Below, piece after piece: positions 10,718 through 19,893 of a stretch of DNA of 64,000 nt. Within the stretch, counting starts at the first letter, position 1; each line of letters begins with the position of its first letter. This stretch comes from Accumulibacter sp. (lineage in GTDB: Bacteria; Pseudomonadota; Gammaproteobacteria; Burkholderiales; Rhodocyclaceae), in assembly GCF_024235695.1 (NCBI RefSeq), contig NZ_JACKLX010000012.1; one strand, written 5' to 3'. The notes below the pieces were generated by a model. It had not been told where the DNA came from. It was given only the letters and a program-made list of their open reading frames with translations, and did not search any database. Both the position numbers and the translations under genes were made by a program.

Positions 10718-13330
10718 TCAGCGGTTCGCCGCCGCGGCCGGTGAGGGCGTGGCCAGGTGTGCGTGCAGCGACTGATTGACCGTTTCCACGCTCTTCTGGT
10801 GGCGCGCCGTGCGGTAGCTGGCGAAGCGGTCGTAGATCATCCGGACGGCGCCGAGGATCAACAGCCAGATCGCCAGGTAGAGCCAGACCCAGCCGATCAG
10901 CGTCCAGGGGATCGCCGGTACCAGCAGGCCAAAGCCGCACATCAGTGCCGCGGCGAGCTGCGTGCCGACGATCGCCCAGAACAGCGGTGCAGCCGGCAAC
11001 GGTCGCTGGAAGAACCAGCGCTCGGTGCGGGTGACGAACAGCAGCAGCTGGCCACCACCGACCAGTTGCACGAACATCATCGTCTGCAGCTGGGCGTGCG
11101 TCGCCAGCCCGAAGTAGTCCTGCAGATGCGGCTCCGACAGCACCTTGACGCCGAACAGCAGCAGGCCGAAGGACTCGGCGACCGAGAAGATGCCGAGAAC
11201 GGTCGCCAGGCCGAAGATCTGTGGCAGTTGCCAGCGCACCGGCCGCGGACTGACCGGCGTGTTGTCGTAGGCGATCGTCATCATCGGGAGGTCGTCGAGC
11301 AGCGACATGACGACGATCATGATCGCGGTCAGCGGCGAGAAACCGAGGAAGATCGACGACAGGACGACGACGAACATGATGTCGATGGTCAGGGCGATAC
11401 GATAGATCAGGTAGCTATTGATGCGACCGAAGATCCGCCGTGCTTCGTCGATGGCGCCGTTGATCACCGACAGGCCGGGGGCGGTGAGGATCAGCGCCGC
11501 AGCGCCGCGGGCGGCATCGGTGGCGCCGGATACGGCCGTACCGCAATCGGCCTGTTTCAGGGCCGGCGCGTCATTGACGCCGTCGCCGGTCATCGCCACC
11601 AGGTGGCCCCGCGACTGCAGCGCCTTGACGATGGCGTACTTGTGCTCGGGGAAGACGCGCGCGAAGCCGTTCGCCCGCTCGATCGAGTCGATGATCGCCG
11701 GCGGCACATTGTCGGGATCCATGTCCTTGGGGAAGGCCTCCGCCGCCGGAATGATGTGCGTGCCCATGCCCAGCTGGCGCGCCGTCTCGATGGCAATGGC
11801 GGTGTCGTCGCCGGTGATCATCATCACCCGCACACCTTTTTCCGCCGCCTTGTCGATCGTCTCCTTGGAGTCGTCGCGTGGCGGGTCGAACATCGGCAGG
11901 ATGCCGAGGAACGACCAGCTGGCGCCGTCATCGGCCGAACGCGCCACGCCCAGTGCCCGTGCACCCTGCGCGGCCAGCTTGTCCACCGCCTCCTTGACCT
12001 TGTCGGCGACATCGGCGGGTGCCCTGGCAAGATCGACGATCGCCTGCGGCGCGCCCTTGGCGACGACGAAGGACTTGCCGCTGGCGTCGGTGACCGACGC
12101 TTGCGTGCGCTTGGTGACCGGGTCGAAGGGAACGAACCTGGTCATCGTCCAGCTCTTGAGCAGCGTCTGGTCCTTGAGCGCGGTGATTACCGCGGTATCG
12201 ATGGCATCCTTGTCCTCGAGCTTGGACGCCAGCGCCGCCGCCAGGATGCAGTCCTGCGGGTCGCTGGCGGCGAACAGCATCGGCTCGCTGAGGCTCAGCT
12301 GATTCTTGGTCAGCGTGCCGGTCTTGTCCGAGCAGAGGATATCGACGCCGGCCATCTCCTCGATCGCCGACAGCTTGGAAACGATTGCCTGCTGTTTCGA
12401 CAGTGCCAGTGCGCCGAGCGCCATGGTGATCGAGAATACCGCCGGCATCGCCACCGGGATCGACGCCACCATCAGCACCAGCACGAACTGCAGGATGCCA
12501 AGTGCATCGTGCAGGCCCCAGTCCTTGGCGATCACGATGTCGTGGTAGACCTTGACGGCAACCAGGATCAGCGTCAGCAGGACAGCCACGACGATCAGGA
12601 AGTTGCTGATCTGGAACATCGCCTTCTGGGCATGGCTGACCGAACCGGCGCCGGCGACCAGTTTGGCGGTACGACCGAAGAAGGTGTTGGTACCAGTGGC
12701 GATGACCACCGCCTCCATCTCGCCCTGCTTGACGACGCTTCCCGAGTAAGCCTCGTCGCCGACCTTCTTCCTGGCCGGCAGCGACTCGCCGGTGAGCGCC
12801 GCCTGGTCGATCGAAGCGAAGTCGCCAGCGGTCAGGCGCAGGTCGGCCGGGACGATCACGCCGAGGCGAATCTTGACCATGTCGCCGGGAACCAGCGTCG
12901 CCGCCTGCACCGTACTCCACTGGCCGTCGCGCAGGACGGTGGCTTCCGGTGCCAGGCCGGCCTTCAGCGCGGCCAGCGCGTTCGACGCCTTGCGGTCCTG
13001 CCAGAATTCGAGCGCCGCATTGAACAGCAGCAGCGAGCCGATGATGACGAAATCGTCCCAGTGGCCGAGCAGCGCCGAAACCAGCGCCGCCGCCTCGATG
13101 ACGTAGGCCATCGAGCCGGTGAAATAGCCAAGAATCTGCTCGCCGAGGCTTTTTTCCTTGGTAACGATGGCGTTCGGTCCGTAGCGGCTCAGTCGCTGCT
13201 GCGCTTCGGCGGAACTCAGGCCCTGATCGGCCTTGACGGCGAGGGTCGACAGGACCTCCTCGACCGGCACCTTCTCGAGATCGGGGCCGTCAGCGGCGGC
13301 CGGAGTGGCTTGCTCGGTTACATTGGCCAT
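10718..13330 (-). CDS. P-type ATPase, P3A plasma-membrane H+-ATPase type
   Basis: TGES, CSDKTGTLT, KGAP, DPPR, TGDGVNDAPAL; P3A-type M4 IPVAMP, M5 YRIA, M6 LLDD..MTIAYD. Confidence 0.9.
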   Translation of the reverse strand: MANVTEQATPAAADGPDLEKVPVEEVLSTLAVKADQGLSSAEAQQRLSRYGPNAIVTKEKSLGEQILGYFTGSMAYVIEAAALVSALLGHWDDFVIIGSLLLFNAALEFWQDRKASNALAALKAGLAPEATVLRDGQWSTVQAATLVPGDMVKIRLGVIVPADLRLTAGDFASIDQAALTGESLPARKKVGDEAYSGSVVKQGEMEAVVIATGTNTFFGRTAKLVAGAGSVSHAQKAMFQISNFLIVVAVLLTLILVAVKVYHDIVIAKDWGLHDALGILQFVLVLMVASIPVAMPAVFSITMALGALALSKQQAIVSKLSAIEEMAGVDILCSDKTGTLTKNQLSLSEPMLFAASDPQDCILAAALASKLEDKDAIDTAVITALKDQTLLKSWTMTRFVPFDPVTKRTQASVTDASGKSFVVAKGAPQAIVDLARAPADVADKVKEAVDKLAAQGARALGVARSADDGASWSFLGILPMFDPPRDDSKETIDKAAEKGVRVMMITGDDTAIAIETARQLGMGTHIIPAAEAFPKDMDPDNVPPAIIDSIERANGFARVFPEHKYAIVKALQSRGHLVAMTGDGVNDAPALKQADCGTAVSGATDAARGAAALILTAPGLSVINGAIDEARRIFGRINSYLIYRIALTIDIMFVVVLSSIFLGFSPLTAIMIVVMSLLDDLPMMTIAYDNTPVSPRPVRWQLPQIFGLATVLGIFSVAESFGLLLFGVKVLSEPHLQDYFGLATHAQLQTMMFVQLVGGGQLLLFVTRTERWFFQRPLPAAPLFWAIVGTQLAAALMCGFGLLVPAIPWTLIGWVWLYLAIWLLILGAVRMIYDRFASYRTARHQKSVETVNQSLHAHLATPSPAAAANR

Positions 13331-13440
13331 CGTCGTCTCCACAGGAAAGGCTGCTCAACAAAAAACGGGAATTGTCACAAGCTTCGGTGGTTGCCGGACG
13401 ATCGCGCGCCGCCTGCCGCCAGCCCTTTCGCCGCGTTGTT

Positions 13441-13938
13441 TCAGCCGGTTGCCGGCGCGGCGTCGAGCACCGCCTGCAGCGTCGCTTCCGCTTCATGCGA
13501 CAGGGTCGTATCGAGGATCTTGCCGCCGGTACCCCGCAGCGCGATCAGCACCTTGTCGGGCTCGGCATGGCGCACCAGCACGAAGAGCAGCGAGCTGCCG
13601 TCCTGGAAGGTCGAGGCGAGGTCCTTCAGGAAATCCTCGTCGACGCCAGCGCTCGCCAGCGCCCCGCGGATCGCCCCGCCGCGCGCGTCGGTGGCCATGC
13701 CCAGAACCGGATTCATGACGATCGCCCCGACCAGCGTGTGCCAGAAGCCCCGGCGCGGGGTGAGCTCCACTGCCGGCTTGTAGCTGTGCAGCAGGCTTAT
13801 TTCGCCCTGTTCGTCCTTGACCGCGACGAGCGCCTCCTCGATGTCGATGAGGTGGTCCTGCTGCAGCTTGCGCAGCGTCATGCGGACCTCTTCCGCCCGG
13901 AATTGATCATCGTAGGCAATTACCACCAGCTTGCTCAT
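13441..13938 (-). CDS. DUF1269-family membrane protein (paralogue 2, diverged)
   Basis: MSKLVVIAYDD...GFW.TLVG...GSSLLFVLVR.AEPDKVL..L.GTGGKIL.TTLS; clearly similar to 14291-14794. Confidence 0.8.
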   Translation of the reverse strand: MSKLVVIAYDDQFRAEEVRMTLRKLQQDHLIDIEEALVAVKDEQGEISLLHSYKPAVELTPRRGFWHTLVGAIVMNPVLGMATDARGGAIRGALASAGVDEDFLKDLASTFQDGSSLLFVLVRHAEPDKVLIALRGTGGKILDTTLSHEAEATLQAVLDAAPATG

Positions 13939-14101
13939 GAAACGCTCTCCTTGCTTGATTGAGTCACACAGTAACCGGGTGACTGGAGCCGATGCTCCGA
14001 TACGATGGCGACCGCGTGCCAACCGGGTAGTCGCTTGTTTTTCCTTGCCCTGGCGCCGACCCGCCGGATTCATCTCATGCTGCGACTGGCAGCCGGCAGG
14101 C

Positions 14102-14233
14102 TCAGTCCTTGTCTTCCTCGAAAGGGATCCGGGCGTCGCCCTCGAAACGCGCCTTGCGTTTGCGCCCGAATACCCATATCACGATCGCCACGAAGGCGGC
14201 GATCAGCAACCAGTGATAGATGCTCAATTCCAT
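14102..14233 (-). CDS. ccoQ: CcoQ/FixQ-like small membrane peptide (43 aa)
   Basis: Below the ORF-track cutoff; hand translation MELSIYHWLLIAAFVAIVIWVFGRKRKARFEGDARIPFEEDKD*; one TM helix then the K.RF...A.IPF.E tail typical of CcoQ; GAGG upstream. Confidence 0.75.
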   Translation of the reverse strand: MELSIYHWLLIAAFVAIVIWVFGRKRKARFEGDARIPFEEDKD

Positions 14234-14290
14234 GCGCGTTGACCTCGTCGGGTGACCGCCGACCGCCGGCGGTCACCGCAGTGCTTTCCC

Positions 14291-14794
14291 TCAGCCGGCA
14301 GCCGGCGCCTTGGCGGCGTCGAGCACCGCCTGCAGCTTCTCTTCCTCGTCGTGCGTCAGCGAAGTCTTGATCACCTTGCCGCCGGTGCCCTGCAACTCGG
14401 CCAGCACCTTGTCGGGCGTCGCCTTGCGCACCAGCACGAACAGCACCGAGCTGCCGTTCTTGAACGACGCGGCGAGATTCTTCATGAAGTCGTCGTTGAT
14501 ACCGACGTCGGTCAAGGCGCCGCTGACCGCGCCGGCGCTGGCGCCGACCGCCATGCCGAGCAGCGGGCTCATGAAGATCAGGCCGATCAGCGTTCCCCAG
14601 AAACCGCCGCTCAAGGCGCCCGCGGCAGCGAGCCTGTACATCTGGTGCAGCTTGACCTTGCCCTTTTCGTCCTTGACCGCGACCACCGCGTCCTCGAGGT
14701 CGATCAGGTAATCCTGCTGCATCTTGCGCAGCATGGTGCGGACCTCCTCGGCCTTGAAAGGGTCGTCGTAGGCGATTACTACCAGGTTGCTCAT
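14291..14794 (-). CDS. DUF1269-family membrane protein (paralogue 1)
   Basis: MSNLVVIAYDD...GALSGGFWGTLIGLIF..PLLGMAVGASAGAVSGALTDVGINDDF; AGGAG RBS. Confidence 0.88.
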   Translation of the reverse strand: MSNLVVIAYDDPFKAEEVRTMLRKMQQDYLIDLEDAVVAVKDEKGKVKLHQMYRLAAAGALSGGFWGTLIGLIFMSPLLGMAVGASAGAVSGALTDVGINDDFMKNLAASFKNGSSVLFVLVRKATPDKVLAELQGTGGKVIKTSLTHDEEEKLQAVLDAAKAPAAG

Positions 14795-14877
14795 CAAGAA
14801 CTCTCCTATGGTTTGCTGAACTGACGGTGATTGGCGTGGCGCCGGCCGGTCACCGGTCACGGCGCCCTTGCCGCGAC

Positions 14878-15225
14878 TTACATCTTCTTCTCGACCTTGT
14901 GCATGTCGGCCTTCGCTTCCGCCTTGACCTTGGCCATGGCGGCTTTCAGTTTCTGCCAGAAACTGGCCTGCGGATCCTTCACGCATTCCTCGCCAACGAT
15001 CGGGATGATCTTCTCGGTGCCTTCGATGTCGATCATCGACGCTTCCGGCTTGCCGCCCTTGGCATAGGCCGTCGCGGCGTACATCACCTGCGGTTTGAAC
15101 TGGTCGTCTACGGCGACGAAGTCGGCACACGTCCACTTGGCCACCGGCTTCTTGCTGTCGGCGGCGACGGCGGTAGTGGCGGCAGCGACGATGATCAACG
15201 ACACAGCGACCTGCTTGAGCTTCAT
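14878..15225 (-). CDS. hdeA: Acid-activated periplasmic chaperone HdeA
   Basis: Signal peptide; KKPV.KWTC.DF..VDDQFKP, KPE....D.EG.EK..P....C.KDPQASFWQK with the two conserved Cys. Confidence 0.85.
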   Translation of the reverse strand: MKLKQVAVSLIIVAAATTAVAADSKKPVAKWTCADFVAVDDQFKPQVMYAATAYAKGGKPEASMIDIEGTEKIIPIVGEECVKDPQASFWQKLKAAMAKVKAEAKADMHKVEKKM

Positions 15226-15560
15226 GATGGTTTCTCCTGGTTTTAATGACGGAGCTGCGGCGGCTCGGGATGGCGGCGCCGAATGGTGTCGACATGATAA
15301 GCCCTGGCGCGGCGCAGGGTGTCCGCCGCACGGATTTTACACCGTGCCAATGTCCTGCCGTCAAGCGAGCCAATGCTCGGCAGGCTGGCGGCAGGAAGCG
15401 CTGAGCGTCATTGCCGACCGGCACGGCAAAGGCACAACGAGCCCGATCAGCCCATGGACTTGCGGTTGGCATTTGCCTCGAGCGGACGACAGGCGGCCCG
15501 AAAGTGCTATATTTTGTTCTATGAAAAGGCCATCTACCACACCACGACGGGACGGCGCGC

Positions 15561-16118
15561 ATGAGAACTGTTCATTACCTTCTGCTGGGGGTTTTCGTCG
15601 CGGCGACCGCCGCGGCGCAACCGGTCTACGAAACGCGCGACAAGGACGGCCCGGTCTTTTCCGACCTGCCGAGCCAGGGCAGGGACCTGCCGAGCCCTGG
15701 GGCGACCGAGCTGACGCTGCCGCCACTCAACGTCGGCGACGCGTTGCCGGCGCCGGCGCCGGTTCCGGAGCAGGAAGCGCCGGCAGCAGTGGCCATGCCC
15801 TACCGGTCGCTGAGCGTCAGCCAGCCGGCGAGCGGTGGCACGATCCATTCCAACACCGGCCAGTTCCCCGTCGAGATCACCATCGACCCGGCGCTGCGCA
15901 CCAGGCAGGGCGATGTCATCGTCGTCAAGCTCGACGACCAGGAACTGCCTGCCAGACGCACGACGACCAAGTTCGACATCACGGCCGACGATTGGCAGAT
16001 GGCGGCGGTGGATAGCGTCGAGCACCAACTGCAGGTCGCCGTGCTCGACCTCGCCGGCAAGCTGCTGATCGTTTCTCAACCAGTGCGCTTCTTCGTCCAT
16101 CGCGCGAGCCGCCGCTGA
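15561..16118 (+). CDS. DUF4124-domain secreted protein
   Basis: Signal peptide then VYETRDKDGPVFSDLP; Y.SLS.SQP..GGTIHSN.G domain. Confidence 0.7.
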   Translation: MRTVHYLLLGVFVAATAAAQPVYETRDKDGPVFSDLPSQGRDLPSPGATELTLPPLNVGDALPAPAPVPEQEAPAAVAMPYRSLSVSQPASGGTIHSNTGQFPVEITIDPALRTRQGDVIVVKLDDQELPARRTTTKFDITADDWQMAAVDSVEHQLQVAVLDLAGKLLIVSQPVRFFVHRASRR

Positions 16119-16426
16119 TCCCGGGCATCGCGCACCGCCGACGGTGGTGAGCCGTCGGCGGTGCCGGCAGGGCTGCTGGCCTCGACGACGACCGGGATCG
16201 CCGGGATGATCGATGGCTGGGCCGTATCGCCGTGCCGCCGCGACACGATCCTGACGCGCGTCGTCGTGCCGGTCCGCGGAAAGCCATCGAATGCCGCCAC
16301 GTAATATGCCAAAGGGGTCCTGTTCGCGGGTTATACTCGCGCTCCTTGCAATCCTCGCGGCGCGATGGCCGGCGGCGTTTTCCCGATCGCCGTTGGCGCG
16401 ACCGGCGGGAACTTCCGGAGATCAGG

Positions 16427-17068
16427 ATGGACCAGGGTTTTCTGCAACCCCTCGCAGCGGCGCTGAACGCCGGCAGCCTGGTCGAGTTTTCGGCTACCAC
16501 GCTGACCAGTTTCGCCCTGATCGCCGCCGCCGAAATCGGCGACAAGAGCCAGCTGGTCTGCATGACCTTGGCTTCCCGGCACCGGCCGATGCCGGTGATG
16601 CTCGGTGCGCTGGCCGCCTTTGCCGTGCTGAACACCCTGGCTGTGGTCTTTGGCGTGGCGATCGCCAGCTGGTTGCCCGCGTATGTCGTCGGCGCGATCG
16701 TCGCCATCCTGTTCGCGATCTTCGGCGTGCATGCGCTGCGCGCCAGCGACGACGACGACGATGATGAGGTCGACGAGAAAAGCGGCCACGGCATCTTCTT
16801 CACCACCTTCGTCTTGCTGACCGTTGCCGAATTCGGCGACAAGACGCAACTCGCCGTCGTCGCCTTGAGCAGCACGCACGCGGCGGCGGCCGTCTGGGTC
16901 GGCGCGACAATCGCTCTCGCGGCGACCTCGGCGCTGGGAATCCTCGCCGGTCGCACCGTCCTGCAGAGGATTCCGCTGGTGTTGCTGCACCGGCTCAGCG
17001 GCGCCTTCTTCCTGCTGCTGGCAGCAGTCGCCGCCTGGCAGGCCTACGCCGCCTACCGCGCGGCGTAG
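16427..17068 (+). CDS. TMEM165/GDT1 (UPF0016) Mn2+/Ca2+:H+ exchanger
   Basis: Two EXGDK(S/T)Q motifs (AEIGDKSQL, AEFGDKTQL) and an acidic central loop. Confidence 0.92.
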   Translation: MDQGFLQPLAAALNAGSLVEFSATTLTSFALIAAAEIGDKSQLVCMTLASRHRPMPVMLGALAAFAVLNTLAVVFGVAIASWLPAYVVGAIVAILFAIFGVHALRASDDDDDDEVDEKSGHGIFFTTFVLLTVAEFGDKTQLAVVALSSTHAAAAVWVGATIALAATSALGILAGRTVLQRIPLVLLHRLSGAFFLLLAAVAAWQAYAAYRAA

Positions 17069-17073
17069 CTCGT

Positions 17074-18399
17074 TCAGAACAGCAGGCGGGCCAGCAGCAA
17101 GCCGGTGGTGACCGCGGTCACGGTGGCTACCAGCCCCGGGATCATGAACGAGTGGTTCAACACGTACTTGCCGATTCTCGTCGTTCCCGACAGGTCGAAG
17201 TTGATTGCGGCGATCAGCGAACCATAGGTCGGGACGAAGAAGTAGCCGTTCACCGACGGGAACATCGCGATCAGGAACTGCGGCGGAATGCCGAGGACGA
17301 TTCCCAGTGGCATCAAGGCCCGCGTCGTCGCAGCCTGGCTGTAGAGCAGTACCGACGCGAAGAACAGGCCGAAGGCAAAGGTCCACGGCGCCACCTCGGC
17401 GAGGTGGCCGATCGCCGGAACGATCACCTCCTTGTTCGCGGCGATGAAGCTGTCACCCAGCCACGCCAGGCCGAAAATGCCGATCACCGCGACCACTCCG
17501 GCGCGCAGGGTTGCGGTCTTCGGCACTTCATCGACGTTCACCCGGGTCAGCATCAGCATGATCGCCGCGACCGCCATCATCACCACCTCGATGACGATCG
17601 GCATGCCGATGGCGCTCTTGGCGCCGGGCAGTTGTCGCAGTTCCGGGAAAAAGCCGAGCAGCACGACCAGCGCGACGCCGCTCAGGAAGAGGTACGCCGA
17701 CAGCTTGGCGGCGGGCTTCAGCGGTGGCCGATCGGCGGCCGCCTGCGGTGCCGGGATCTCGCCCGCCAGCAGCCGTGCCTGGTACTCGGGATCGTCCTTC
17801 AGATCCTTGCCGAGAAACATCGAGACGACGGCGGCGACGATGACGCCGGTCAGGGTGGCGGGAACGCAGACCATCAGAATCTGCGGCAGTCCCCACTGCG
17901 TCAGGCCCTTCTCGGCAAACAGGCCGATCATCGCCGCCGTCGCGGCAGCCACCGGACTGGCCGTGATCGCCTGCTGCGAGGCAATGGTCGCGATCGCCAT
18001 CGGCCGTTCGGGACGAATGCCACTGCGGTGCGCAGTCTCGTAGATCACCGGCAGCAAGGGGTAGACGATGTGGCCGGTGCCGGCGACGAAAGTGAAACAC
18101 CAGGTCGTCAAGGGCGCGACGATGGTGACGTACCTGGGGTTGGCACGGATGATACGTTCGGCGATGCGGACCAGGAAGTCGATGCCACCGGCCGCGTCCA
18201 TCACCGACGCGGCCATGATCACCGCCAGGATGATCAGCATCACGTCGATCGGCGGCGACGTTGGCGTGACGCCGAAGCCGATGATCAGCACCAGGAGTCC
18301 GACCGCTCCCCACAGGCCCAGGCCGACGCCGCTGTAGCGCGCGCCCATCCAGATCGCCGCCAGCACGACGACGAATTGCAGAAAGATAGCCAGTGTCAC
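17074..18399 (-). CDS. Anaerobic C4-dicarboxylate transporter, DcuA/DcuB family
   Basis: GTGHIVY.LLPVI, IRPERPMA..TIASQ.AITASP, GYFF.PTY, D.SGTTRIGKYVLNHSFM.PG; GTG start. Confidence 0.93.
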   Translation of the reverse strand: MTLAIFLQFVVVLAAIWMGARYSGVGLGLWGAVGLLVLIIGFGVTPTSPPIDVMLIILAVIMAASVMDAAGGIDFLVRIAERIIRANPRYVTIVAPLTTWCFTFVAGTGHIVYPLLPVIYETAHRSGIRPERPMAIATIASQQAITASPVAAATAAMIGLFAEKGLTQWGLPQILMVCVPATLTGVIVAAVVSMFLGKDLKDDPEYQARLLAGEIPAPQAAADRPPLKPAAKLSAYLFLSGVALVVLLGFFPELRQLPGAKSAIGMPIVIEVVMMAVAAIMLMLTRVNVDEVPKTATLRAGVVAVIGIFGLAWLGDSFIAANKEVIVPAIGHLAEVAPWTFAFGLFFASVLLYSQAATTRALMPLGIVLGIPPQFLIAMFPSVNGYFFVPTYGSLIAAINFDLSGTTRIGKYVLNHSFMIPGLVATVTAVTTGLLLARLLF

Positions 18400-18450
18400 G
18401 AAAGTCCCTCCCGGTGGCGACCGGAGTTCAAAGCCCGGTCTGGCTGACGA

Positions 18451-18479
18451 CGGTCAACTCGAGCCCCCCGAGTTGACCG
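18451..18479. other. Perfect 11-bp stem-loop between aspA and dcu
   Basis: CGGTCAACTCG-agccccc-CGAGTTGACCG; no U-tract, so possibly an mRNA stabiliser or processing site. Confidence 0.6.
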
Positions 18480-18492
18480 CAGCTGTGGACGC

Positions 18493-19893
18493 TTACTTGT
18501 CGAAATTGCCCTTGATCAGGTTGTCGAACGAGAAAAGCTCGTCCCATCTCTCCTGGCTCAGCAGCTTGCGTTCGTCGACGACGATCTGCTGCAGCGACTT
18601 GCCGGTCTCGTAGCCTTCGCGCGCGACTTCCGCACACTGCTTGTAGCCCAGCGACGGCTTGAGCAGGGTAACGATTCCCAGCGAGTTGAGGACCATGTCG
18701 CGCGAGTGCTCGGCGTTGGCGGTAATGCCCCGAACGCAGTTGACGCGCAGGCTGTTGACCGCGTGCTCCATCGTGAAGATCGACGTGAACAGGGCGAAGG
18801 TGATCACCGGCTCCATGACGTTCAGCTGCAGCTGGCCGGCCGATGCGGCCAGCGTCACGGTCAGGTCGAGGCCGATGACCAGGAAGCTGGTCTGGTTGAC
18901 GACCTCGGGAATCACCGGGTTGACCTTGCCCGGCATGATCGACGAGCCCGGCTGCATCTGTGGCAGGTTGATCTCGTTCAGCCCGCAGCGCGGACCCGAA
19001 GCGAGCAGGCGGATGTCGTTGCAGATCTTGGTCAGTTTCGCCGCGGTGCGCTTGAGAACGCCCGACAGCTGCACGTAGGCGCCGGTGTCGGAGGTTGCCT
19101 CGACCAGGTCGCCGGCGAGGATCAGCTTGATTCCGGTCAGATCCGAAAGGCAGCGCGTCACCAGTTCGGGATATCCCCGCGCGGCGGTCACCGAGGTGCC
19201 GATCGCCGTCGCCCCGAGATTGACCTCGTGCAGCAGCTGGCGCACGTCGGCGAGACGGTGCACCTCCTCGCCGATGGTCGTTCCCCAACCGTGGAACTCC
19301 TGCCCGAGCGACATCGGCACGGCGTCCTGGAGATGCGTGCGGCCCATCTTGAGGACGCCCTCGAACTCCTTGCCCTTGGCGTGAAAGGCATCCTCCAGGC
19401 GCCGCAGCGCGTCGGTGTAGCTGGTCAGCCGGAGGATCAGCGCCAGCCGGAAAGCGGTCGGATAGACGTCATTGGTCGACTGTCCGCAGTTGACGTGGTC
19501 GTTGGGGTTGACCAACTGGTATTCGCCCTTGTTGTGGCCGAGCGATTCGAGGGCGAGATTGGCAATCACCTCGTTGGCATTCATGTTGGTCGACGTGCCG
19601 GCGCCGCCCTGGATGAAGTCGGTGACGAACTGGTCGTCCATATCGCCGGCGATCAGGCGGTCGCAAGCGCCGATGATGGCGTCGGCAATCCGCGCGTCGA
19701 GCACGCCGAGATTGCGGTTGGTCAGCGCGGCGGCTTTCTTGACGTAGCCGAAGGCCTTGACGAAGAACGGCTCGGCCGACATCGGGATGCCGGTGATGTG
19801 GAAATTCTGCAGGCCGCGCAGCGTTTGCACGCCGTAGTACGCGTCGTCGGGCAATTCCTTCTCGCCCAGAAAGTCTTTCTCGATTCGTGCCAT
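18493..19893 (-). CDS. aspA: Aspartate ammonia-lyase
   Basis: YYGVQTLR, QGGAGTSTNMNANEVIAN, GRTHLQDAVP, GSSIMPGKVNPVIPE, GQLQLNVMEPVI. Confidence 0.95.
   Translation of the reverse strand: MARIEKDFLGEKELPDDAYYGVQTLRGLQNFHITGIPMSAEPFFVKAFGYVKKAAALTNRNLGVLDARIADAIIGACDRLIAGDMDDQFVTDFIQGGAGTSTNMNANEVIANLALESLGHNKGEYQLVNPNDHVNCGQSTNDVYPTAFRLALILRLTSYTDALRRLEDAFHAKGKEFEGVLKMGRTHLQDAVPMSLGQEFHGWGTTIGEEVHRLADVRQLLHEVNLGATAIGTSVTAARGYPELVTRCLSDLTGIKLILAGDLVEATSDTGAYVQLSGVLKRTAAKLTKICNDIRLLASGPRCGLNEINLPQMQPGSSIMPGKVNPVIPEVVNQTSFLVIGLDLTVTLAASAGQLQLNVMEPVITFALFTSIFTMEHAVNSLRVNCVRGITANAEHSRDMVLNSLGIVTLLKPSLGYKQCAEVAREGYETGKSLQQIVVDERKLLSQERWDELFSFDNLIKGNFDK

Noticed and set aside
10757-13783. 1008-aa plus-strand ORF, and similar long antisense ORFs over cbbM, prlC, hsdR and hsdM
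   Set aside because: Shadow frames of well-supported opposite-strand genes in GC-rich DNA; no motifs
16305-16426. yybP-ykoY Mn riboswitch upstream of the GDT1 gene
   Set aside because: AAAGGGG is present but the GGGGAGUA core and paired helices were not recognisable; needs an Rfam scan
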